Below are positions 40,989-50,843 of a stretch of DNA of 64,000 nt, piece by piece. A program made the position numbers and the translations under genes. This stretch comes from Candidatus Saccharimonadales bacterium. GTDB taxonomy: Bacteria; Patescibacteriota; Saccharimonadia; QS-5-54-17. Location of the stretch: assembly GCA_040876925.1 (NCBI GenBank), contig JBBDOS010000004.1, forward strand, positions 37,330 through 101,329. Reading direction: 5' to 3'. The number at the start of each line of letters is the position of its first letter. Positions within the stretch are counted from its first letter, which is position 1. A model generated the notes under the pieces. That model was not told where the DNA came from, did no database searches, and worked only from the letters and a program-made list of their open reading frames with translations.

Positions 40989-42224
40989 TTGCTAGTGGAA
41001 GAGAGATTAAACCAACTAGACGATAGAGATTCAAATAGAGGCAAGAAGCCAGGCTTTGGTTTAGCCTCAGTTATCGCTATAGCAGTACTTGTAGGGTCTT
41101 TAGGCTTTGTACTGGGTACGAATGTTGATCAGCTTGGTATAAGCAGGCAATACGAAACTCAGAATGAGGATTTACCAGAGAGCCTAGACTATAGCTCTAT
41201 AGATAGACTATATGACTTGTTGCGTGAAAACTATGCTGGTGACTTAAGTCTAGAAGATCTAATGCTAGGACTGAAGCAGGGCTTAATTAATGCTACTGGC
41301 GATCCTTTTACGGAATATTTAACGGCCGAAGAAGCTAAGGAGTTTCATAATAGCTTGAACGGTGAATTTAGTGGTGTAGGCATAGAGATAGGCATTAGAG
41401 ATGACCGTTTAGTAGTAATTGCTCCTATAGCAGACACACCGGCTGATAAGGCGGGTCTAAGAGCAGGAGACGCTATAGTAGCTATTGGTGAGGAAGATGC
41501 TACTGATATGGGCTTACAAACAGCCGTAAGTAAAATTAGGGGTGAAGATGGTACTGAGGTGACTTTAACTATCAGTCGAGAAGGTGAAGAGCTGCAAGAT
41601 ATAACAATAACCAGGGGTTTGATAGAGGTTCCTAGTGTAGATTCAGAGGTGTTAGCCAGTAATATCGGCTATATTAAGCTAAGTAGGTTTGGTAGCGATA
41701 CTGCCAGTGACTTCCGTAAGGCGGCTCAAGAGCTAGTAGATCAAGGAGCTAGCAGTATAGTTCTAGATATGCGCAATAACCCAGGGGGATACTTTGATGC
41801 AGCTATCGGTGTAGCTAGTGAGTTCCTTGAGACCGGTGAGGCAGTAGTAGAGGAGCGTCGCGGCGATGAAGTCATAGCTACTGAAAGAGCCAGAAATAGC
41901 GGTAGCCTCATAGGATTACCGGTAATAGTGCTAGTCAATGGTGGTTCAGCTAGCTCTAGTGAGATTGTCTCTGGAGCTCTGGGCGATCATGAAGTAGCAA
42001 CTATTGTTGGTGAGCAAACTTTTGGTAAGGGTAGTGTCCAGCAACTTATAGAGGTTGGGGATGGTAGTAGTCTAAGAGTTACTATAGCTAACTGGTATAC
42101 TCCCTCAGGTCTTAATATTAGCGATTCTGGTGTTACACCAGATGAGGTAGTAGAGATGAGCCAAGAAGATTTTGAATCTGGATTAGACCCCCAGCTTGAT
42201 AGAGCTATAGAAATACTTGAGTAA
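40989..42224 (+). CDS. ctpA: S41 carboxyl-terminal processing protease
   Basis: DPFTEY, PDZ (FSGVGI), LDMRNNPGG, SASSSEI, TFGKGSVQ. Confidence 0.92.
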   Translation: MLVEERLNQLDDRDSNRGKKPGFGLASVIAIAVLVGSLGFVLGTNVDQLGISRQYETQNEDLPESLDYSSIDRLYDLLRENYAGDLSLEDLMLGLKQGLINATGDPFTEYLTAEEAKEFHNSLNGEFSGVGIEIGIRDDRLVVIAPIADTPADKAGLRAGDAIVAIGEEDATDMGLQTAVSKIRGEDGTEVTLTISREGEELQDITITRGLIEVPSVDSEVLASNIGYIKLSRFGSDTASDFRKAAQELVDQGASSIVLDMRNNPGGYFDAAIGVASEFLETGEAVVEERRGDEVIATERARNSGSLIGLPVIVLVNGGSASSSEIVSGALGDHEVATIVGEQTFGKGSVQQLIEVGDGSSLRVTIANWYTPSGLNISDSGVTPDEVVEMSQEDFESGLDPQLDRAIEILE

Positions 42225-42299
42225 TTAATATTTAACTAGTTTTATGACAAACTTATTGTTAATATAGGGGCATAGAAATACAAGGAGTGGTGTTAAGTT

Positions 42300-43904
42300 T
42301 TGGCTAACAAAGATACGAAATACATATTCGTAACAGGTGGAGTGTTGTCTGGAGTAGGCAAAGGTATTACGGCTGCGTCTTTAGGTAAGATACTAAAGAG
42401 TCGGGGCTTGAGTGTTAATATCCAAAAATGTGATCCATATTTAAATACCGATGCTGGTACTCTAAACCCCGCTGAGCACGGTGAGGTATTTGTAACAGGT
42501 GATGGTGCGGAGACAGATCTAGACCTAGGTCACTACGAGAGATTTCTCGATCAAGAGTTAAATAAATATAGCTCACTAATGAGCGGTAGAATTTTAAGCA
42601 GAGTCATTAAAGCCGAGAGAGCTGGTGAGTATTTAGGCAAGACGGTTCAGATTATCCCCCATATTACTGATGCTATACAAGATGAGATAGCTAGATCAGC
42701 TAGTGGATATGATGTTCACATAGTAGAGATTGGCGGTACGGTAGGAGATTATGAGAGTTTAAGTTTCCTAGAAGCTATTCGTGAATTCAAACAACGTGCA
42801 GGGGTAGATAATGTAGCTTATGTACATGTGGTCTATATGCCTTACCTAGAAGCTAGCAAGGAAGTTAAGACTAAGCCAGCTCAAAGTGCTGTTAGGACTC
42901 TACGTGGGTATGGTATTAGCCCCGATATATTAGTAGCCAGAACAGAAAGGGAAGTTAACAGCAATATCTTAGATAAGCTCAGCATGTTTGCTGATGTGCC
43001 TAAAGAAGGTATATGCATAGCTCCAACTGTAGATAGTGTTTATGAAGTTCCTCTCATAATGAGCGATATAGCTAATTATGCTATAGACAAACTATCCCTG
43101 AAGGTAGGAAAAGAAGATCTCAAATCCTGGGAAAAGCTAGTTGCCACTGCTAAGAATCAAGATTTACCTAAAGTAAAAGTCGGCGTAGTGGCTAAGTATA
43201 TGGATCATGAAGACACCTATATGAGCGTCTTTGAGGCTATTAAGGCAGCAGCTTGGCATTATGACCTGCAACCAGAAATTATCTGGATTGATGCCGAAAA
43301 AGCCGCCGAGAAACTACCAGTTGAAGAACTAGAAGAGTTAGATGGTCTTATAGTACCCGGTGGTTTTGGTAGTCGTGGGGTAGAGGGAAAAATTAAAGTT
43401 GCTGCTTGGGCCAAAGAGAATAACAAGCCATACTTGGGTCTTTGTTTGGGTATGCAGGTAGCTGCTATCGTGATAGCTCGTGAGGCTATAGATCAATCAG
43501 CTAACTCTACAGAATTTGATAACAATACATCCTGTCCGGTTATTAGTCTAATGGCTGATCAGGAAGAAGTAGTAGATTTCGGTGGTACCATGAGACTAGG
43601 TAATTGGGAGTGTAGTTTGCAGAAAGGGTCTCTAGCTAGATCTCTGTATGGTCAAGATACCATCTTTGAGCGTCATAGGCATCGTTATGAATTTAATAAC
43701 ACCTATAGAGACCAGCTAGCAGAGGCTGGGGTAGTCTTTTCCGGCTTATCACCAGATGGCAAATTAGTCGAAGTTATGGAGCTCAAAAACCACCCATTCT
43801 TTATAGCTAGTCAATTCCACCCAGAATTCTCATCAAGACCCGGTAATCCCAATCCGCTATTTAAGGGCTTTATTCAGGCAGCCAGTAAACAGGCCAATAA
43901 CTGA
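42300..43904 (+). CDS. pyrG: CTP synthase
   Basis: FVTGGVLSGVGKG, DLDLGHYERF, GLCLGMQ, ERHRHRYE, QFHPEF. Confidence 0.98.
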   Translation: MANKDTKYIFVTGGVLSGVGKGITAASLGKILKSRGLSVNIQKCDPYLNTDAGTLNPAEHGEVFVTGDGAETDLDLGHYERFLDQELNKYSSLMSGRILSRVIKAERAGEYLGKTVQIIPHITDAIQDEIARSASGYDVHIVEIGGTVGDYESLSFLEAIREFKQRAGVDNVAYVHVVYMPYLEASKEVKTKPAQSAVRTLRGYGISPDILVARTEREVNSNILDKLSMFADVPKEGICIAPTVDSVYEVPLIMSDIANYAIDKLSLKVGKEDLKSWEKLVATAKNQDLPKVKVGVVAKYMDHEDTYMSVFEAIKAAAWHYDLQPEIIWIDAEKAAEKLPVEELEELDGLIVPGGFGSRGVEGKIKVAAWAKENNKPYLGLCLGMQVAAIVIAREAIDQSANSTEFDNNTSCPVISLMADQEEVVDFGGTMRLGNWECSLQKGSLARSLYGQDTIFERHRHRYEFNNTYRDQLAEAGVVFSGLSPDGKLVEVMELKNHPFFIASQFHPEFSSRPGNPNPLFKGFIQAASKQANN

Positions 43905-43942
43905 AGCCTCTTGCGCTAAAGAGTTTTAAGCGCTAGGATTAA

Positions 43943-44347
43943 ATGAAGATGGATATAGCAGGACCCCAAAAAACCAAAAAGAAGATTCTACTAGTAGAAG
44001 ACGATACTGGCCTGGCTTCTGTATATCAGGCTAGATTAGAGGCTGAAGGCTTTGAAGTTTATCATTGTGATAATGGTGAATCAGCTTTGAGTGACGCTAT
44101 TAAATACCAGCCAGATTTAATATTGCTAGATGTTATGATGCCTAAAATCAGCGGCTTTGATGTGTTAGATATACTGCACAATACCCCAGAGACTAGTGGC
44201 ATCAAGATAGTTATGTTAACGGCTCTTTCTCAGGATAGTGATAAAGAGCGCGCTGAGGAACTAGGGGCTGATGATTACCTAGTTAAGTCTCAGGTAGTTA
44301 TAGCTGATGTCATATCGCGTATTAAACACCATTTAGGGATGAGTTAA
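43943..44347 (+). CDS. Single-domain response regulator
   Basis: ILLVEDD, LLDVMMP, MLTA, YLVK. Confidence 0.9.
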   Translation: MKMDIAGPQKTKKKILLVEDDTGLASVYQARLEAEGFEVYHCDNGESALSDAIKYQPDLILLDVMMPKISGFDVLDILHNTPETSGIKIVMLTALSQDSDKERAEELGADDYLVKSQVVIADVISRIKHHLGMS

Positions 44348-44385
44348 GCAAAAACTTTCTATAGTTAGTCCAAAGCAATATTTAC

Positions 44386-44414
44386 TTGACATTATGTAAA
44401 GCTTATGCTAATGT
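44386..44414 (+). promoter_or_regulatory. Sigma70-type promoter (TTGACA-17-TAATGT, extended -10)
   Basis: TTGACA at 44386-91, TG at 44406-07, TAATGT at 44409-14. Confidence 0.7.
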
Positions 44415-44465
44415 TATATCTATAAATAAGCTACAAAAACAAAAAATAAATAAGGATAATAAAAA

Positions 44466-44846
44466 ATGACAGAATTCAAACCAAAAGGCACAGAGTTAAG
44501 CGATACAGAGCAAGCAGCCATGGATCAACTCAAGAGTTTAGCTGAGGGTGCAGGCTCTAGTTTCGAAGGTGATGAATCTGTTATCAATGAAGCCATACAG
44601 GATGCTCAAGGGGAAGACCACACTGCTAATTTATGGGAACTAGCTGAGTCTAAACAAAGACCAGTCTCTACTGAGCAAGATAGAAAAATAGCAGAGCTAG
44701 ATGCCCGTTCAGAGTTAATAGATAAAACGGATGAGGAACTAGGTAAACTAGCAGCTAGAGTTAGAGCAGTCACTGAAGAAGGCGGCAGTATGATTCAAGC
44801 AGCTGCAGAAGCTGAACAAAGCGCTAAGCCGAGAACGAAGCGCTAA
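44466..44846 (+). CDS. Hypothetical acidic protein, C-terminus altered by a tandem duplication
   Basis: 126-aa ORF with own promoter and AAGGA; 19-nt duplication at 44814-44851. Confidence 0.7.
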   Translation: MTEFKPKGTELSDTEQAAMDQLKSLAEGAGSSFEGDESVINEAIQDAQGEDHTANLWELAESKQRPVSTEQDRKIAELDARSELIDKTDEELGKLAARVRAVTEEGGSMIQAAAEAEQSAKPRTKR

Positions 44847-44851
44847 GCCGA
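44814..44851 (+). repeat. 19-nt tandem duplication (1 mismatch)
   Basis: GAACAAAGCGCTAAGCCGA followed by GAACGAAGCGCTAAGCCGA. Confidence 0.9.
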
Positions 44852-44962
44852 CCGAAATCATTTCAGATCAGTCAGAGAGCGATCAACTGGTTACAGCTGA
44901 TGACGTATCTAAATAAAAAGCTGAATAAATACAGGCCAACAAGCTAGCCTAAAAAGAGCTTA

Positions 44963-45235
44963 CTAAACTATCTTAACCATAGTACGTGGTACTTTTTGTC
45001 CGCTGAAACGTATTTTTCTAGTTTTGACGAAATCTACTTTACCGTCCTGAGTAGCGTAGATAGTGTGATCTCGTCCATAAGCTGTGCCTGGTCCGGCTAT
45101 TTTACTGCTGCCTCTTTGGCGCACTAAAACAGCGCCAGATTTTACTTCTTGACCAGCAAATAACTTAACCCCCAGCCGTTGACCGGGAGAATCCTTTAGA
45201 TTAGAGGCTGAACCGCCTGATTTAGTCTTACTCAT
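44963..45235 (-). CDS. rpmA: 50S ribosomal protein bL27
   Basis: GGSASN.KDS.GQRLGVK, LVRQRG, GRDHTIYA. Confidence 0.94.
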   Translation of the reverse strand: MSKTKSGGSASNLKDSPGQRLGVKLFAGQEVKSGAVLVRQRGSSKIAGPGTAYGRDHTIYATQDGKVDFVKTRKIRFSGQKVPRTMVKIV

Positions 45236-45236
45236 T

Positions 45237-46385
45237 TTACCTTGTCTCCAAAAGTATTATATATCTACCGACGAACTGATTGTCTCTACGATAAAGCAAG
45301 CCAGTGTCGGAATTGTTTAACAGTAGCCGATTATAGCCAAGCTCCTCTATATTGTCAATTATGTCTGGCAATATAGTATTGTCGTTGTTTTTCCAGGCCG
45401 GTAAGGCTAGACAAGCTCGAGAGCCTTTAGGTAGTTGAGGTTGTAAGTTTTTAAGAGTGGATTTCATGAGTTCTGATGATTGACTAGCTAGTTCTAATAA
45501 CTTATTTTTATCAGTTTCCTTATTGATTATAGGGCCCAAGTAGCCTTCACTGACAATAGTGTCTACTCCTTCTGGTAGCTGCAAATTTCTAGCATCAGCT
45601 ACTTCTAAATATTTAGGTTGCGATGTATTAAATTCCTTACTTAACCAACCAAGGTTTTCTCTAGAGCAATTAACCATCTTATCTGATATATCCGAGCCCC
45701 CCACGTCTTTATTCATTAGCAGTGCTTCTTGCAAGATAACTCCGCTGCCGCAGAATGGATCAAATATAAAATTATTATCATTACCGGTGATATTGATCAT
45801 GATTTGAGCTAATTTAGGCGGCAACATGCCGGTTTGCATATCTCTACAAGGCCTGCCGATGTCTCTATGTGTGTATTTATCAATATCTTGCACCCAAGTA
45901 GTTTTAGCAACTACAGTGCTTGAGTCGCCGATACTTATTAAGAGCTCATAACCACTGCCAATTAAATTATTATGTATGACTTGAGCTGAGGATAGTTCCT
46001 GATTTTTAGCTAGTATAATCCGAGGTTTCAAGCCGTTATTTCTAAGATGTTTTTTGAAAGTTAATGATATTTGCTGATAGTTATCTATGCTTTTGCCATA
46101 GAAACTAAGTCCAATATTGAACTTAGTTGCCTTTAGGTTAAGATCCTCTGCTGCTTTTTGATATAGATAATCTGCAATTGCATTGATATCTGCAGTGTTT
46201 AAAGTGGTGATTATTTCACCAATCTTACTAGTTCCTCCTAGATGGGGGTATATAGAGCCAGTAAATACAGCACTTTGAGTAGAATGTCTGCTGGTATCAG
46301 GATAGATAGCGCCAAGCTCGGCTAGTGATAATTTAGGATTAACTCCTAATGTAGCTAGATATTTCATCAAGCTTAATACTAGCAC
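45237..46385 (-). CDS. TRM11-like SAM-dependent (probably RNA) methyltransferase
   Basis: GMLPPKLAQIMIN, DPFCGSG..LQEA, SEGYLGP; start may be ~46367. Confidence 0.75.
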   Translation of the reverse strand: MLVLSLMKYLATLGVNPKLSLAELGAIYPDTSRHSTQSAVFTGSIYPHLGGTSKIGEIITTLNTADINAIADYLYQKAAEDLNLKATKFNIGLSFYGKSIDNYQQISLTFKKHLRNNGLKPRIILAKNQELSSAQVIHNNLIGSGYELLISIGDSSTVVAKTTWVQDIDKYTHRDIGRPCRDMQTGMLPPKLAQIMINITGNDNNFIFDPFCGSGVILQEALLMNKDVGGSDISDKMVNCSRENLGWLSKEFNTSQPKYLEVADARNLQLPEGVDTIVSEGYLGPIINKETDKNKLLELASQSSELMKSTLKNLQPQLPKGSRACLALPAWKNNDNTILPDIIDNIEELGYNRLLLNNSDTGLLYRRDNQFVGRYIILLETR

Positions 46386-46471
46386 ATGAGTTTATCTAGG
46401 TTAGGTTTGAATTATCTGTCTTTAAATCTAACCTAGATTAACTTAACCTATAACCCAAAACGTCTGCATCT

Positions 46472-47503
46472 TTGTTGTATAATGAAGAGCAAGCTATGAA
46501 CACGAGAAGGGTTTTAGTATTAGTAGGAGTGGTGGGCATTAGCCTTTTTGTCTATCTATTTTGGACGGATTTAGTAGAGGCAACCCGCATAATAAGAGGC
46601 GTGCAGTGGCAGTATATCCTAGTGGCAGTACCGATTATATTCTTAGTCTACCTGCTGTATTCAGCCTTTTATCTATCCATCCTAAAGACATTAGATGCCT
46701 CGTTGGTTTCTATTTGGCGACTTTATGGGTTATCGCTAGCTTCGGCATTTGTTAATGCGATACTGCCTTCAGCTGGAGCATCTGGAGTTTCTTTTCTAGC
46801 AGCGGCACTCAAGAGAGATGGAGTTAGTAGTGGTCAAACTAGCTTTATGCAAATTGCTAGATATATGGCTATTTATACGTCTTACACACTGCTTTTAGTA
46901 GTAGCTATTATTAGCTTATATATGGGTGATATTGGTAGATTAGCTACTATTATAGCTATAGCTATAGCTATCAATATTATTATAGTTACTATCTTAGGTA
47001 TATATATTTTATATAACAAGCGAGCCTTCAACTGGTTCTTTAGGAAGCTAAGTAAATTAATTGACTCTATAGCTAGACGTCTTAGAAAGGGCAAAGATTT
47101 AATTGGTATCGATAGAATGGAAAGACTTTTAAACAGTTTTCATGACAGTGCCAGTGAGGCTATCAATCAAAAAATCTACCTTAAACAACCATTCTGGCTA
47201 GCTTTTGGTGTCAACCTTATAGAAGTCAGTCTCTTGTATTTAGTTTTTGTAGCTCTAGGCAGTCCGGTCAGCTTCGGAGTAGTTATCATCGCCTTTGCTG
47301 TAGCTAATGGCGCCGGCATAGTTACTGTTATACCAGGGGATGTAGGAATTTATGAGATAGCCATGGTGACTATATTGAGTATTTCCGGAGTTCCTCTAGC
47401 AGTCGGTATATCTGCTACCCTAGTGTATAGGGTATTACATAAAGGATTAGTATTACCGTTTGGATTCTATTTCTACAACAGATACTTAAGAGAGATTACT
47501 TAA
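46472..47503 (+). CDS. Lysylphosphatidylglycerol synthase TM / YbhN flippase-like protein
   Basis: Multi-TM, FVNAILPSAG, IPGDVGIYE, LVYR; start may be 46496. Confidence 0.8.
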   Translation: MLYNEEQAMNTRRVLVLVGVVGISLFVYLFWTDLVEATRIIRGVQWQYILVAVPIIFLVYLLYSAFYLSILKTLDASLVSIWRLYGLSLASAFVNAILPSAGASGVSFLAAALKRDGVSSGQTSFMQIARYMAIYTSYTLLLVVAIISLYMGDIGRLATIIAIAIAINIIIVTILGIYILYNKRAFNWFFRKLSKLIDSIARRLRKGKDLIGIDRMERLLNSFHDSASEAINQKIYLKQPFWLAFGVNLIEVSLLYLVFVALGSPVSFGVVIIAFAVANGAGIVTVIPGDVGIYEIAMVTILSISGVPLAVGISATLVYRVLHKGLVLPFGFYFYNRYLREIT

Positions 47504-47529
47504 ATAAGGAGATTGATAACAGAAATTTT

Positions 47530-48645
47530 ATGCAGCCAGTACTTAGCGTATCCGAACTAGTTGAAGTTATTAATAACACCCTAGAGGCGACGTTGCCTCA
47601 GGTGGTTGTAGAAGGGGAGGTGGCTGGGTATAAGGAGTGGAATTCTCGTTTGGCATTTTTTGATCTTAAAGACGAAGACTCAGTCATTAACTGTATGATC
47701 CCGCTAGGGCGTATATCTTCACCTATAGAAGATGGTATGAGAATTAAAGTCTATGCCGATCTTAAGTTAACTAAAAAAGGTCGCTTTAGTCTTAACGTGG
47801 TGCGTTTAGAACCGGTCGGTAAAGGAGCTATCAAGAAAGCTTTTGAGTTATTAAAGAGCAAGCTAGAAAAAGAAGGCTTACTAGCTGATGAGCGCAAAAG
47901 ACCTACTCCAGAGTACCCAGGTAGAGTAGGAGTGATTACTTCATTGGAATCAGCAGCTTATCAAGATTTTTTGAAAATCATTAATGCTCGTTGGGTTGGT
48001 ATGGAAGTACTTAGTTATCACGTCCAGGTTCAGGGTGATGTGGCTGAGGATCAGATTATTAAAGCTATAGATTACTTCAACCAAATGGCCAGCCCGGTTG
48101 ATATATTAGTATTAATTAGGGGTGGTGGTAGCCAAGAAGACCTCTTAGTTTTTAATAGCGAACTAGTGGCTAGGGCAGTGGCTGGTAGTCGCTCGGCGAC
48201 AGTTGTAGGTATAGGGCATGAAGTGGACATATCTTTAGCGGAGTTGGTAGCTGATATCAGGGCCGCTACTCCAACTGATGCAGCTAGATTAATTACTCCT
48301 GATAAAGATCATTTAGTAGCTAAGCTAGAGGAAATCGATAAAACTCTAGCTAAGTCTAGTCTTAATCTTATCGCTAGCCTAAAAGACCAACTTGATAACT
48401 ACCTAGAAATATTAGAGTCTAAACAACAAAGATTGCTTGGTGATTTATTGGATAAATTAGAATCTATGGCTAAGAGACTTATGAGCATGAATCCTGAAGT
48501 TATTCTGCGTCGTGGGTACGCTATATTGCGTAAGGAGGATATGATTATTCGCTCAATTGGTGAGATATCAGTAGGGGATAAGCTCATGCTACAATTGAGT
48601 GCAGGTAGCGTAGAAACAGAGGTATTAAATGTCAAAAAGCACTAA
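47530..48645 (+). CDS. xseA: Exodeoxyribonuclease VII large subunit
   Basis: LSVSEL, VEGEV, FFDLKD, RGGGSQEDL, GIGHEVD, RAATPT. Confidence 0.95.
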   Translation: MQPVLSVSELVEVINNTLEATLPQVVVEGEVAGYKEWNSRLAFFDLKDEDSVINCMIPLGRISSPIEDGMRIKVYADLKLTKKGRFSLNVVRLEPVGKGAIKKAFELLKSKLEKEGLLADERKRPTPEYPGRVGVITSLESAAYQDFLKIINARWVGMEVLSYHVQVQGDVAEDQIIKAIDYFNQMASPVDILVLIRGGGSQEDLLVFNSELVARAVAGSRSATVVGIGHEVDISLAELVADIRAATPTDAARLITPDKDHLVAKLEEIDKTLAKSSLNLIASLKDQLDNYLEILESKQQRLLGDLLDKLESMAKRLMSMNPEVILRRGYAILRKEDMIIRSIGEISVGDKLMLQLSAGSVETEVLNVKKH

Positions 48646-48838
48646 AACATTTCAGCAACAACTAGAGGAGTTAGAAGCTATCATAGAGTGGTTTGACTCT
48701 GAAGATGTCGATATAGATGAGGCAGTAACTAAGTTTGAACAAGGCACCAAACTCATAAATGACCTAAAAAAGCACTTAAGCGAGGTAGAGAATAAGGTGA
48801 CAGAAGTTAAGAATAAGAGCACTACATCAAAAGATTAA
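48629..48838 (+). CDS. xseB: Exodeoxyribonuclease VII small subunit
   Basis: F....EELE.I.......DIDEA...FE.G; overlaps xseA stop. Confidence 0.9.
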   Translation: MSKSTKTFQQQLEELEAIIEWFDSEDVDIDEAVTKFEQGTKLINDLKKHLSEVENKVTEVKNKSTTSKD

Positions 48839-48883
48839 CTACTGAGGTCAATCTTGCTAATTCGTTGCAGCTAATTTAATATA

Positions 48884-49537
48884 ATGCTTATGGCATTAGA
48901 AGAATCACACAACACTTCCGCTATTGTTATAGGAGTGCTTACTTTTACGACAGTTGCTTTCCTAGGCCTATCTATATGGGCAATATATAACTATCATCAA
49001 GAGCGAACTACCATTAATGAGCAGATAGATGAAGCGGTAGCTGAGGCTAGGGCTGATCAGACAGAGATAGAAAGAGCTCAGTTTGAAGAAGAGTTGCAGA
49101 ATCCATATAGAACCTATTCGGCTCCTAGTGTGTTTGGCGATATCAACTTAGAAGTTCCTAAGAACTGGAATATATATTCTGAAGATGATACATCTGGTAG
49201 TGTCCAAATAGACCTCTACATACACCCTGATATGGTTAGAAATAATAGTCGTGACACTAATGACCCTTATGCATTTAGGATGGAGCTTAGAGATGAACTA
49301 TACAACACCTCAATTAGAGGCTTCCAAAGAGATGTAGATAGAGGAGATTTACGTTCTAATACTGTAGAAGTTTCAGGAGTTGAAGGCTTAAGGTTTGAGG
49401 GCCAGATCACTAGAGACCAGACCGGTCATTTAGTGGCTTTACCATTTAGAGACAAAACTATCTGGATGTGGACTGAAGGGTCTAAGTATATGGATCAGTT
49501 TGACAAGATTTTAGAGCTAGCCGAGCTAGGTAGATAG
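48884..49537 (+). CDS. Hypothetical membrane-anchored protein
   Basis: N-terminal TM helix, helical stalk, soluble beta-rich domain. Confidence 0.7.
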   Translation: MLMALEESHNTSAIVIGVLTFTTVAFLGLSIWAIYNYHQERTTINEQIDEAVAEARADQTEIERAQFEEELQNPYRTYSAPSVFGDINLEVPKNWNIYSEDDTSGSVQIDLYIHPDMVRNNSRDTNDPYAFRMELRDELYNTSIRGFQRDVDRGDLRSNTVEVSGVEGLRFEGQITRDQTGHLVALPFRDKTIWMWTEGSKYMDQFDKILELAELGR

Positions 49538-49657
49538 CAACTGTATTAACCCTCCAAAATATACTAGAGAGTCTCAAAGAGAAAGAGGGTGTAATGTCAC
49601 CATCCTTAATAGCTTAAGCTTTGGCTTTGTCTGCTTAGGCTATAGAATATATATAGG

Positions 49658-50395
49658 ATGGTGAAACAAAAGATTAAGCAAGTAATAAAGCAGCATAAAG
49701 ACGATAATGACTTAGAACTCATTGCAGCTACTGTCCATGAATTAAAAAGCCCTTTAACTCTGATACATGGTATGAGTTCGATGTTGGAAACTGAAAGCTA
49801 TGGTGAGCTCAATATTAAACAAAAAGAGCAAGTACGTCATATATCCAAAGCCTCTAAGAGGCTAGGTTTTTTGATAGAAAGCTTAATTCATATAGAAAAG
49901 CTACCTAGCTCACAGCGACTGCAGCCAGTGCAGCTGCAAAGTGAATTGCAATCAGTTATAGAGACTCACGAGGATAAGATAGGTGAGAAAGATTTAACTA
50001 TTAAATACACCCCCAAGAAGCTGCCTCCAGTGCTAGCTGATCCCAGCAGTGTCTACCAGCTTTTAATGCACATTGTTAGTTCATCAATTAAATATGCTCC
50101 AGTAGGTAGTAGTATAGATATATCAACAAAACTTACCGGTGAATTTGTAGCTATGCGGGTGAAAGATAGCGGAGGAGCAATCCTACCCAAAGAGGCCAGT
50201 AGTATCAGATCAAGGTTCGGCAAACATAGACAGCCGATTAGGTCCAGATCTGACTCGTCGGGCCTTAGTCTATACATTATTCAATCAATTGTAGAATTTT
50301 ATGGAGGGCTTTTAAGTGTATCTAGCTTATCCGGTGGCTCTTCAATAACCGTTAAATTACCTATTAGCAACCAATTAGACCTATTTGAAGAATAG
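49658..50395 (+). CDS. Sensor-less histidine kinase-like protein (degenerate ATPase domain)
   Basis: H-box HELKSPLT; eroded N, G1 and G2 boxes. Confidence 0.8.
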   Translation: MVKQKIKQVIKQHKDDNDLELIAATVHELKSPLTLIHGMSSMLETESYGELNIKQKEQVRHISKASKRLGFLIESLIHIEKLPSSQRLQPVQLQSELQSVIETHEDKIGEKDLTIKYTPKKLPPVLADPSSVYQLLMHIVSSSIKYAPVGSSIDISTKLTGEFVAMRVKDSGGAILPKEASSIRSRFGKHRQPIRSRSDSSGLSLYIIQSIVEFYGGLLSVSSLSGGSSITVKLPISNQLDLFEE

Positions 50396-50436
50396 ATGCT
50401 ATATTTAGTTAAGAAATAAGGAGAATCAAAAGCAAC

Positions 50437-50805
50437 ATGAGAATATTATTTGTAGAAGATGATGTAGAGATAGGTACTATGTATGCTACTCAGTTAGTTA
50501 TGGAAGAGAACGATGTCGTGCATGCTCGCAGTGCTCAGGAAGCCCTGGATATTCTAGATGAGTATGAGTTTGATCTAATAGTCTTAGATATACTGCTTCC
50601 TGGCAGTAACGGTATAGCGGTCTTACAAGAGCTTAGGAGTTACCGCGACTGGAGGCAGATACCGGTTATAGTCTTAAGTAACGTTAACCCCGAAGACTTA
50701 GAGGTGAGTGAGCAGCACTTGAAAGATTTAGGTATTAGAGAGTATTTAGTTAAGATGGATACTACGCCGCAGAATCTAGCCGCCGCAGTAGCTGCCTTTG
50801 CTTAA
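50437..50805 (+). CDS. Single-domain response regulator
   Basis: ILFVEDD, VLDILLP, VLSN, YLVK. Confidence 0.88.
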   Translation: MRILFVEDDVEIGTMYATQLVMEENDVVHARSAQEALDILDEYEFDLIVLDILLPGSNGIAVLQELRSYRDWRQIPVIVLSNVNPEDLEVSEQHLKDLGIREYLVKMDTTPQNLAAAVAAFA

Positions 50806-50843
50806 ATAGTGGCTTAAAGAGAAGAAAGAAGATATATCAAGCA

